Origin: Myxococcales bacterium
GTDB taxonomy: Bacteria; Myxococcota_A; UBA9042; JABWCM01; BTVJ01
Direction of reading: 5' to 3'
DNA: 18,360 nucleotides
NCBI GenBank assembly: GCA_045863395.1
Contig: BTVJ01000127.1
Span: 1 to 18,360, forward strand
Shown here: piece by piece, positions 8,070 to 18,360 of the stretch
Position numbering within the stretch: the stretch's first letter is position 1
Layout of the letters: every line of letters starts with the position of its first letter
Notes under the pieces: model-generated
Seen by the model: the letters and a program-made list of their open reading frames with translations, nothing else
Told to the model about the DNA's origin: nothing
Database searches by the model: none
Translations under genes and position numbers: made by a program

Positions 8070-8401
8070 CGAAGTTGCTCCAGCGTGTGGCGCTCACGGT
8101 GACGCTCTGTCTTGCCGCCTGCGCCCCCGAGATCGGCGATGACTGCTCGATCAACCAGGACTGCGGCGCGGGCCGCGTCTGCGACCGCAGCCAGCCCGGC
8201 GGCTACTGCTCGATCCCCTCGTGCGAGTCGACCGCCGCGTGCCCTGACGGGAGCGTGTGCATCGCGTTCGACAACGGCGAGACCTGGTGCATGCTCCACT
8301 GCGAGGGCAACGACGACTGCCGGGACGGGTACGTGTGCGTGAAGGGGTTTGGTGACGCACCCTTCTGCAACGCAACCGCCGCCCCGAAGGACCCCAAGTG
8401 A
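8066..8401 (+). CDS. Small cysteine-rich lipoprotein (three 4-Cys modules)
   Basis: Signal peptide with lipobox LAAC, followed by 12 regularly spaced Cys. ATGA overlap with the rsmA stop. Confidence 0.85.
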   Translation: MTKLLQRVALTVTLCLAACAPEIGDDCSINQDCGAGRVCDRSQPGGYCSIPSCESTAACPDGSVCIAFDNGETWCMLHCEGNDDCRDGYVCVKGFGDAPFCNATAAPKDPK

Positions 8402-8838
8402 GAGCTGCGCTCATCGCCCTCGGGGCGCTGGTCCTCGCGCAGTGCGCACATGGCCGCGCGGTGGAGCGCGTGGAGGAGACGCCCCTCGTGGTCGCACCGC
8501 CGCGCGAGGCTCGGGAGGGCATCCCTCGCTCCCAGCTCACGGCGATCCTCCAGGGAGGCCCGGGAATGCTCCTCCAGCAGCTCCAGGTCGTGCCGCAGCG
8601 GGAGGGGAAGCGCTTCGTCGGCTTTCGCATTCGCACCTGGTTTCCGGGAAACCCGGACCTCCAGACGGACCGGATCCGGGTGGGCGACGTGGTGGTCTCG
8701 GTCAACGGCCGCCGTATCGAGCGACCTGACGATCTGATGGCGCTCTGGACCACGCTCCCGACGGCCACGGAGCTGACGGTGCATGTCGTCCGCGACGGAG
8801 GGGAGCACGACCTGTCCTTCCCCATCGTGGAGGACTGA
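8398..8838 (+). CDS. PDZ-domain (GspC-PDZ-like) putative lipoprotein
   Basis: Hydrophobic N-terminus with LAQC. PDZ-like GFRI…IRVGDVVVSVNGRRIERPDD…LTVHVVRDG. GTGA overlap with the upstream stop. Confidence 0.82.
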   Translation: MRAALIALGALVLAQCAHGRAVERVEETPLVVAPPREAREGIPRSQLTAILQGGPGMLLQQLQVVPQREGKRFVGFRIRTWFPGNPDLQTDRIRVGDVVVSVNGRRIERPDDLMALWTTLPTATELTVHVVRDGGEHDLSFPIVED

Positions 8839-8839
8839 G

Positions 8840-9580
8840 GTGGCGACGGAGCGAGCCACACTCGCCGCGCTGCCCATGGGCATCCTGGTGTGGGCGTTCG
8901 TCCTGCTCATCCCTTGGCTGCACGTCCACGGAGGTGCGCCCGAGGACCTGCGCGCCGTCGCGCTGGCCACACCCCTCGCTGTCCTCGCGGCCGGCGCCGC
9001 GGCGCGGAGCGAGGCGCTCCTGCTCACGGGCTTCCCCGTGTCCTTCCTCCCCGCCCTGGTCACCGATGGCGCGCTCAGCGGCCGCCGCGTCTATGGAGTG
9101 GATGCCTGGGCGATCACCGCCTGCTTTCTCGGGCTGTACCTGGTGACGGCGCTCCGGCCCCCCCCCGGCCACCCTGCCTCACGAGACCTGGCCATCTTCC
9201 CCGCCCGGACGCGGGCGTTGCTTGCGCTGCACGGCGTCGCGGCCGTGGCGCTGCTCTGGGTACTGGTCGTGACACCCGCCGTCGGCGAGCAGCTTCGGGA
9301 CACCTTTGAGCGCTCCCATGGTCCGGAGGCAGCACAAGGACGTGCGCTCGCCGCCGGGGTCGGCTGTCTCGTCTGGCTCTGGACCCTCCTGCGGGTCCAG
9401 CTCCCGGCTCTGTCGCGCATGGCATGGCATCGCCCCGCGGCGCTGGATCCGCTCACCCGGGAGTTCGAGCAGCACCGCGCCGACACCCTGGACAAGAACC
9501 GCGTCGTGGGCGACCTGCGCGCATCGCTGCTCCTCGGCACTGCGTGCGCCCTCGCGCTCGTCTGGATCATGCTACGATGA
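8840..9580 (+). CDS. Polytopic membrane protein of unknown function
   Basis: About 6-7 hydrophobic segments. GTG at 8840 lies 1 nt after the upstream stop (ATG 8876 is an alternative). Its stop overlaps the next ATG. Confidence 0.75.
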   Translation: MATERATLAALPMGILVWAFVLLIPWLHVHGGAPEDLRAVALATPLAVLAAGAAARSEALLLTGFPVSFLPALVTDGALSGRRVYGVDAWAITACFLGLYLVTALRPPPGHPASRDLAIFPARTRALLALHGVAAVALLWVLVVTPAVGEQLRDTFERSHGPEAAQGRALAAGVGCLVWLWTLLRVQLPALSRMAWHRPAALDPLTREFEQHRADTLDKNRVVGDLRASLLLGTACALALVWIMLR

Positions 9581-9777
9581 GTGTCATGAAGGGACTCCAC
9601 CTGGATCTCCTCGGCGCGCTGCTGGTCCTCGCCAGCCTCTGGTTCTTCCACCACGCGGTGCAGTCGCTGGGGGCAAAGGACTACATCGCGGCGCTCATCG
9701 AGATCTTCGTCGGCCTCGCTGTGATCCGTGGAGGGATCGAGCTCCAGAAGCTGGCGACCATCCGGAGGGAGCGATGA
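9577..9777 (+). CDS. Small two-TM membrane protein (66 aa)
   Basis: MSVMKGLHLDLLGALLVLASLWFF…YIAALIEIFVGLAVIRGG. ATGA overlaps at both ends and GC3-biased codons. Confidence 0.75.
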   Translation: MSVMKGLHLDLLGALLVLASLWFFHHAVQSLGAKDYIAALIEIFVGLAVIRGGIELQKLATIRRER

Positions 9778-10802
9778 GGAGCTCGCTGCTCTGCGTGATG
9801 GCTGCGATCGCTGCGTGTGGCGGTGAGGCGGAGGCGCCACGGAGCGCGGATCGGTTCGACCCGCCGCGCTTCGAGAGCCTGGCCGATCCGGCCTGGTCCC
9901 GCGCGTCAGGTCCCGATGACCCAGTGCTGGCGACGGTGGACGATGCGCGCATCACCGTGAGCGCAGTGCAACGGCAGGTCGACCTGGCAGGTGGGGAGCT
10001 GGACGCGCGGGCGGCCCTGGAGCGCCTCGTGGAGGCGGAGCTCCTGGCGCAGGAGGCCCTCCGCCACGAGCTGAACCGAGCCCCCGAGGTGCTCAGAGAG
10101 GTCAAGCGGGAGGCTGTGCGCCGTCTGCTACACGACCGCTTCGTCGAGGGCCTCCGCCCTGAGGCGGTGGCCCAGCAGGACATCGAGCAGGCGTTTCGCG
10201 TCCCGCAGGTGCGCGCGCGCTTCGACCACGAGGACGGATACTTCGTGCGGGACGTGCAGATCGTCTGCTGCGCGGGCGCGGCGGATCAGTGTCGCGACAA
10301 CGCCGACCCGACGTGCTTCGATCAGGCGACCCCGTTGATCCAGAGCGCCTATGAGGCGCTGGCTCCCAAGCAGCCCTTCGCCACCCCCGAGGCCTTCGAG
10401 GCGGAGGTCAGGCTCCTCCAGGAGCAGATCCCGCAGCTCGTCGTCAAGACCCTCTCCTTCTGGTACAAGCAGGGCGTCCCCTACGAGGAGCAGCGCGGGT
10501 ACACGACGTACTTCATCGACTGGGTGCTGGCTGTGGTCGCCATCGAAGAGCCGGGGCGAATCGCTCCCCCGCTGCGATCCTACCACGCATGGCACATCCC
10601 CCTGCTGGTGCAGCACGTCCCGGCCGTGCACAAGACGCCGAGCGACCCGGAGGTGCGCCTGGAGATCGCCAGGGGGATCCTCAACGCCATCCGACGGCGC
10701 GACTACTCGGCTTGGAAGCGGGGGCTCTCCGAGAGCTACCGGGTTCAGACGAGACCCGAGGCCCTCCAGGCCCTCGCGGGGGGAGCTCCGGGGGAGGAGT
10801 AG
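9774..10802 (+). CDS. PrsA/SurA-like foldase lipoprotein with a degenerate parvulin (PpiC) domain
   Basis: Lipobox IAAC. VLATVDDARITVS…ALERLVEAELLAQEA is PrsA/SurA N-domain-like. PGRIAPPLRSYHAWHI resembles the parvulin C-terminal GxxSxPvxTxFGxHI motif. Confidence 0.75.
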   Translation: MRSSLLCVMAAIAACGGEAEAPRSADRFDPPRFESLADPAWSRASGPDDPVLATVDDARITVSAVQRQVDLAGGELDARAALERLVEAELLAQEALRHELNRAPEVLREVKREAVRRLLHDRFVEGLRPEAVAQQDIEQAFRVPQVRARFDHEDGYFVRDVQIVCCAGAADQCRDNADPTCFDQATPLIQSAYEALAPKQPFATPEAFEAEVRLLQEQIPQLVVKTLSFWYKQGVPYEEQRGYTTYFIDWVLAVVAIEEPGRIAPPLRSYHAWHIPLLVQHVPAVHKTPSDPEVRLEIARGILNAIRRRDYSAWKRGLSESYRVQTRPEALQALAGGAPGEE

Positions 10803-11260
10803 CTATCGGGGCGTCTCCTCGAGCAGCTTCTCCGCGGCCGGGCACGGGTGGTCGTCTACCGATCCCTCCACGTAGACGGCCGTCCAGCTCCCCCCTTGCC
10901 CCGCATCAGTGGCCCAGGTCCCACTCAGGACGCGCGCGTTGACGACCCGCCCATCGAGCTGCCCCTCCAACGCAGGGCCCTCGAAGTCGAGGACCAGCGC
11001 GGAACCCTCGCGGGCCCCGGTCAGTGCTGCGGTCTCGCCCGTTGGCGAGGTGACCGTCCCGCTCAGGCTCGCGCCGCAGTCGTCCGCGACCAGCGAGAGA
11101 GCGAGGTCCGGTCCCGTGGCGCCGACGCGCAGCAGCCCGTCATACTGTCCGAAGAGGATCGCCTGCCCCGCCATGGAGGACCCGTCGGTCACCGGCGACC
11201 TGCGAGCTCCCAGGTCGGCCTCGCAGGCGGCCAGGAGCGCCAGGAGCAGCAGCGCGCGGC

Positions 11261-11264
<4 letters not shown>
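10803..11264 (-). CDS. Hypothetical beta-rich lipoprotein
   Basis: [14 protein letters not shown] lipobox. The ATG overlaps the secA stop (ATGA). Gly/Thr-rich strand-like segments LSGTV, LTGAREG, LSGTW and GSWTA. Confidence 0.75.
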
Positions 11265-14107
<2,843 letters not shown>

Positions 14108-14123
14108 CATGCTCCTCGCTCTG

Positions 14124-15452
14124 TCATGCCGCGCCGAAGCCGTAGCGCCGGAGGACGTCGACCGCGGGAGGCTCACCGCGCACGACCCGCTCCCGCAGCG
14201 GCTCCACGTAGACGGACTCGTCGTTTCCTTGCTCGTCCAGGCACGCCTGTCGGCGCAGCCCGGCGGTCGCGATGTCCAGGAGGTCCAAGGCCACGGCCTT
14301 CATGGGCCGCCCCCCGAGGCTCCCGTCCAGGGCGGTGCGCGCCGAGGTGTCCAGCAATGCCACCCGCTCGCGCAGGTTCAGGTCGGCGACGAGCAGCCAG
14401 GCCGCGTTCATCGCCTCGTTGTCATACAGGACGCCCTTCCACAGGGCCGGCAGCGCACAGATCAGCTCCGGGGGCACGCAGTCTGCCGACCGCACCTCGA
14501 TGTACCGCTTGAGACGTGTCTCCGGGAACAGGGTGGACAGGTGCAGCTCCCAGTCGGCCACCGTCGGGGTGAAGCCGCGGTAGCCGTCGCGCAGGAACGT
14601 CTCGAAGGGGATCCCCGCCATGTCCACGTACCGCCCCTCCCGGTGGATGAAGAACATGGGGACCTTCAAGGCCCAGGTGGCGTAGTCCTCGAAGCCGAAC
14701 GGACCCTCGAACACGAACGGCAGGAGGCCGCAGCGGTCGGGGTCCACCTCCGTCCAGATGTGCTGGCGCGTGCTCATGTACCCGGTCGGGGCGCCCCCCG
14801 CCAGCGGCGAGTTCGCGAACATCGCCGTCACGACGGGCGCCAGGGCCTGGCTCGTGCGGATCTTGCGCGCCGCGTCCGCCTTGTTGGAGTAGTCGAGGTT
14901 CGCCTGCACCGTGCAGGTGAGCTTCATCATGCTGTCGTAGTTGCGGCCTCGGGTCGCCAGGTAGCGGCGCATGATGGCGTACCGCTCCTTGGGGATCCAG
15001 TCGATGTCCGGGAGCGCCTGCGTCGGGTTCATGCCGACCCACTGCCAGGTCACGCCGAAGGCCTCCGTGAGCGCCTGAAGCTCCGTCACGTGGCCGTCCA
15101 GCTCCCTGCGGGTGTCGTGGATCGTTGCGCACGGGGCGCCGGAGAGCTCGAACTGCCCTCCCGGCTCCAGCGTGATCGAGGCGCTGTCGCGGGTCAGCGC
15201 AATGATGCGCCCGTCCTCGAAGAAGGGCTCCCACCCGAAGTGGCTCGCCAGGTGCTCGAGGAGCGTGAGGATGCCCGGGCCACCCGGCCCCGCGCGGTAG
15301 GGGAGCTGCAGCCCCGTGCGGCCGTCGAGGGCCAGCTTCTCGTGCTCCGTCCCGACCCGCCACAGGTCTCGGGGCTTGCGCCCCTCGTGGAAGGGGTCCA
15401 GCAGGCTCTCTGGCGTCAAGAGCGCGCTGGCGGTCGGGATCATCGTCGACAT
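14124..15452 (-). CDS. gshA: Glutamate-cysteine ligase (GCS2/plant-alphaproteobacterial type)
   Basis: [69 protein letters not shown]. Confidence 0.9.
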   Translation of the reverse strand: MSTMIPTASALLTPESLLDPFHEGRKPRDLWRVGTEHEKLALDGRTGLQLPYRAGPGGPGILTLLEHLASHFGWEPFFEDGRIIALTRDSASITLEPGGQFELSGAPCATIHDTRRELDGHVTELQALTEAFGVTWQWVGMNPTQALPDIDWIPKERYAIMRRYLATRGRNYDSMMKLTCTVQANLDYSNKADAARKIRTSQALAPVVTAMFANSPLAGGAPTGYMSTRQHIWTEVDPDRCGLLPFVFEGPFGFEDYATWALKVPMFFIHREGRYVDMAGIPFETFLRDGYRGFTPTVADWELHLSTLFPETRLKRYIEVRSADCVPPELICALPALWKGVLYDNEAMNAAWLLVADLNLRERVALLDTSARTALDGSLGGRPMKAVALDLLDIATAGLRRQACLDEQGNDESVYVEPLRERVVRGEPPAVDVLRRYGFGAA

Positions 15453-15574
15453 GGGGAGCCTTCCTCGCGGAGTCTGGAGCTGCCGGCATCGGGCCAGGCG
15501 AGGGGCGTCGGCCCTGGGTCAGTGGGGGGACGCGGATGGACCGGCGACGCAATCCCGATCGACCCGGTGGAACA

Positions 15575-15928
15575 TCAGGACGGCTCACTCTCTTCCGCTG
15601 GACCCGCGCCAGCCGGACCGTCGAGGTCATCTGATGGAGGAGCCTCAGAGGTCCCGTCGTCGAAGTCACCGAACAGGTCCGTCTCGGGTGCGGCGTCGCG
15701 CGATGGCTCCGCCACGGGCTCATCGAGGAACGAGAACGCCGCCACGTCATCTGGAGCCAGGTCCTCGACGGGCTCCTGGGCCTCCGGGTGCGCTGCCGAG
15801 CGATGAGCAGCCGCGCTGCCACGCTCGAGCCGCACGAAGAACGCCTCGCGGAAGCGGGTCAGCACCGCCTCCTTCGCTGGCAACTCCTTGTGATCCTCCA
15901 AGAGGGGGATGTAGACGGTCTCATCCAC
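15575..15928 (-). CDS. Small acidic hypothetical protein (117 aa)
   Basis: GTG 2 nt after the alaS stop, with GGGAG upstream. GC3-biased codons. Ordered-looking N-terminal ~35 aa followed by an Asp/Glu/Pro-rich tail. Confidence 0.65.
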   Translation of the reverse strand: MDETVYIPLLEDHKELPAKEAVLTRFREAFFVRLERGSAAAHRSAAHPEAQEPVEDLAPDDVAAFSFLDEPVAEPSRDAAPETDLFGDFDDGTSEAPPSDDLDGPAGAGPAEESEPS

Positions 15929-15930
15929 GG

Positions 15931-18360
15931 CTATGCTCCCTGGGTTCGTGCGCCCGCCTCGACCATCGCGTAGAAGCGCTCGATGGCCGCGTGGAGGCCG
16001 CTCGGGTCCACCCCGCCGGCCTGTGCCAGATCTTTCTTTCCGCCGCCACGCCCCCCGACAAGCGGGGCAAGCTCCGCGACCATGCGCCCCGCGTCGAAGC
16101 GGTGCACCTGGTCCGCTGTCACGGCAACCAGCAACGCAACCTTGCCATCTACGCGGCTGCCTAGCAACACCACGCCGCTCTGGATCCTGTCGCGCATGGT
16201 GTCCGCGAGACCTCGCAGATCCTTGGAGGGCGTCCCGTCGAGGGGGAGCGCGAGGGCCTTGACCCCCGCGAAATCGCGCGCGTCTGCGGCCTGCTCTCGG
16301 GTCATGGCGCTGGCGAGCTGGGCCTTGAGAGTGTCGATCTCCTGCTCGCGTGCCCGGGCCTCCCGGTTCGCACGCTCCACCCGCTCGGCGAGCTGCGCGG
16401 GGGTGGTCTTGAGCTGCTCGGCGACCCGCTGCACCAGGCGCTCCCGCTCGTGGACCCACCGGACCGCGTTCATGCCGGTCGCCGCCTCGACGCGCCGCAC
16501 GCCCGACGAGATCCCGCCCTCGGACAGGATCTTGAAGAGCCCGATGTCGCCCGTCGCCGCAACGTGGGTGCCGCCGCACAGCTCGACGCTCTCCGCCATG
16601 CTGACCACCCGCACCGTGTCGCCGTACTTCTCCTCGAAAAAGGCCATGGCGCCCTTGGCGACGGCCTCCTGGAACCCGAGCTCCTCGGTCTCCACGGGGA
16701 GGTTCGCTACGACGCGCTCGTTGACGAGCCACTCGATGCGTTCGGTCTCTGCGGGCGTCAAGGGGCCGAAGTGGCTGAAGTCGAAGCGGAGGCGGTCAGG
16801 AGCGACCAGAGAGCCCCGCTGCTTCACGTGGTCACCCAGCACCTGGCGGAGCGCCCAGTGGAGAAGGTGGGTGGCGCTGTGGTTCTTGCGGGTCGGGGCC
16901 CGGTTCGCGGAGTCGATGGCGAGGCCCACGGTCTGACCGACGCGCACCGTGCCGGTCAGGACTCGGCCCGCGTGGAGCACGATGCCCTCCGGGGTCTTGC
17001 GGGTGTCCTCCACCTCGATGCGCAACTCCTCGGCCTCGATGACACCGCGGTCGCCCACCTGACCGCCGGACTCGCCGTAGAACGGGCTCTGGGCCGTGAC
17101 CACCTCGACGCGCTCGCCGAGGGTCGCGCGGTCGACGCGGCGGCCGTCCTGCACGAGTGCGAGCACCTCGGCCTCCGCGCGGTCCCACTGGTAGCCGACG
17201 AACTCGGTGCGCACACCGGAGTCCGCCAGCTCCCGGTACAGGGCGGCTCGGGCCTCGTCGCCGCCCTTCCACGAGGCGCGACCGCGCTCACGCTGCTCCT
17301 CCATCGCTGCCTGGAAGCCGGCTTCATCGACGGTGAAGCCCTGCTCCTCGGCGATGATCTGCGTCAGGTCGAGGGGGAAGCCGTGGGTGTCGTAGAGCAC
17401 GAAGGCGGTTCGCCCGGGGAGCGCGGACGCGCCGATGGTGCGCAGCTCGCTCATCGCCGTCTCCAGGAGGCGGAGGCCGTCGGAGAGCGTGCGGCCGAAC
17501 CGCTGCTCCTCCTGACGAACGACCCGCTCGATGATGCCGCGCACCTCCAGCAGCTCCGGATAGACCTCGCCCATGAGCTCCACGACCCGGTCGCAGGACT
17601 GGGTGAGGAACTCCGCCTCGATGCCGAGCTTCCGCCCGAAGCGGATGGCCCGGCGCATGACCCGCCGCAGCACATAGCCGCGGCCCTCGTTCTCCGGGTA
17701 GATGCCGTCGGCGATCAGGAACGCGGTCGCCCGGGCATGGTCGGCGATGACCCGGAAGGCCACGTCCTCCTCGATCTCCGCCTCGCGCTTGCTCGGGTCG
17801 CCGAAGCGCCCCAGGTAGGCCTTGCCGCACTGCCCCTCGGTGACGGAGATCAGAGCGCGGAAGAGGTCGGAGTCATAGTTGGCGGTGGCTCCCTGGACGA
17901 CGGCCGCGATGCGCTCGAGGCCCATGCCGGTGTCGATGCTCGGCTTCGGGAGCGGGGTGAGGGTGCCCGTCGCGTCCCGGTCGAACTGCATGAAGACCAG
18001 GTTCCAGAGCTCCAGGTAGCGGTCGCCCCCGTCGCCGAAGGGGACCTCACGGCCGCCGGAAAGCGCCGGGCCCTGATCGATGTGGATCTCGGAGCACGGC
18101 CCGCACGGCCCGGTGTCGCCCATGGACCAGAAGTTGGTGGCGTCCTTGACGATCCGGTCATCGGCCACCCCGGCGATGCGCTTCCAGAGGGCAACGGCCT
18201 CGTCGTCGTCCGGGTGGACGGTCACCCACAGCTTCTCTTTCGGGAGCCCCATCCACTGGGGGCTGGTCAGGAACTCCCAGCCGAAGCGGATGGCGTCCTC
18301 CTTGAAGTAGTCGCCGAAGGAGAAGTTGCCGAGCATCTCGAAGAAGGTGTGGTGGCGCGC
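15931..18360 (-). CDS. alaS: Alanine--tRNA ligase (5' end outside the window)
   Basis: RHHTFFEMLGNFSFGDYFK, GPCGPCSEI, IDTGMGLER, editing-domain NHSATHLL and ELCGGTHV, C-Ala GGRGGG..AQAGG. The frame is open to the window edge. Confidence 0.98.
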   Translation of the reverse strand, partial: ARHHTFFEMLGNFSFGDYFKEDAIRFGWEFLTSPQWMGLPKEKLWVTVHPDDDEAVALWKRIAGVADDRIVKDATNFWSMGDTGPCGPCSEIHIDQGPALSGGREVPFGDGGDRYLELWNLVFMQFDRDATGTLTPLPKPSIDTGMGLERIAAVVQGATANYDSDLFRALISVTEGQCGKAYLGRFGDPSKREAEIEEDVAFRVIADHARATAFLIADGIYPENEGRGYVLRRVMRRAIRFGRKLGIEAEFLTQSCDRVVELMGEVYPELLEVRGIIERVVRQEEQRFGRTLSDGLRLLETAMSELRTIGASALPGRTAFVLYDTHGFPLDLTQIIAEEQGFTVDEAGFQAAMEEQRERGRASWKGGDEARAALYRELADSGVRTEFVGYQWDRAEAEVLALVQDGRRVDRATLGERVEVVTAQSPFYGESGGQVGDRGVIEAEELRIEVEDTRKTPEGIVLHAGRVLTGTVRVGQTVGLAIDSANRAPTRKNHSATHLLHWALRQVLGDHVKQRGSLVAPDRLRFDFSHFGPLTPAETERIEWLVNERVVANLPVETEELGFQEAVAKGAMAFFEEKYGDTVRVVSMAESVELCGGTHVAATGDIGLFKILSEGGISSGVRRVEAATGMNAVRWVHERERLVQRVAEQLKTTPAQLAERVERANREARAREQEIDTLKAQLASAMTREQAADARDFAGVKALALPLDGTPSKDLRGLADTMRDRIQSGVVLLGSRVDGKVALLVAVTADQVHRFDAGRMVAELAPLVGGRGGGKKDLAQAGGVDPSGLHAAIERFYAMVEAGARTQGA

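Noticed and set aside
15453..15574. Possible ncRNA or riboswitch upstream of gshA
   Set aside because: No recognisable conserved motif, strong hairpin or convincing promoter. Only a GAGGAAGG RBS-like element is visible.

Overview
Very GC-rich bacterial window whose gene content and protein style suggest Myxococcota/deltaproteobacteria (inference). It is mostly core genome in three blocks. (1) A leftward fadR-like TetR-etfB-etfA operon, with a clear sigma70-type promoter and a palindromic operator resembling the Bacillus FadR (YsiA) box. (2) A divergent rightward, tightly coupled operon: a 1130-aa receiver/DUF4388-like/disordered linker/TM/TPR protein, tsaD, rsmA, then five uncharacterised envelope genes (Cys-rich lipoprotein, PDZ lipoprotein, two membrane proteins, degenerate parvulin lipoprotein). 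(3) A convergent leftward run: alaS (5' end outside the window), a small acidic protein, a GCS2-type glutamate-cysteine ligase, secA and a beta-rich lipoprotein. No mobile element, CRISPR array or RNA gene was seen. The best candidates for undescribed biology are the membrane-anchored receiver-TPR protein and the five-gene envelope module facing secA. Both are hypotheses, not demonstrated systems.
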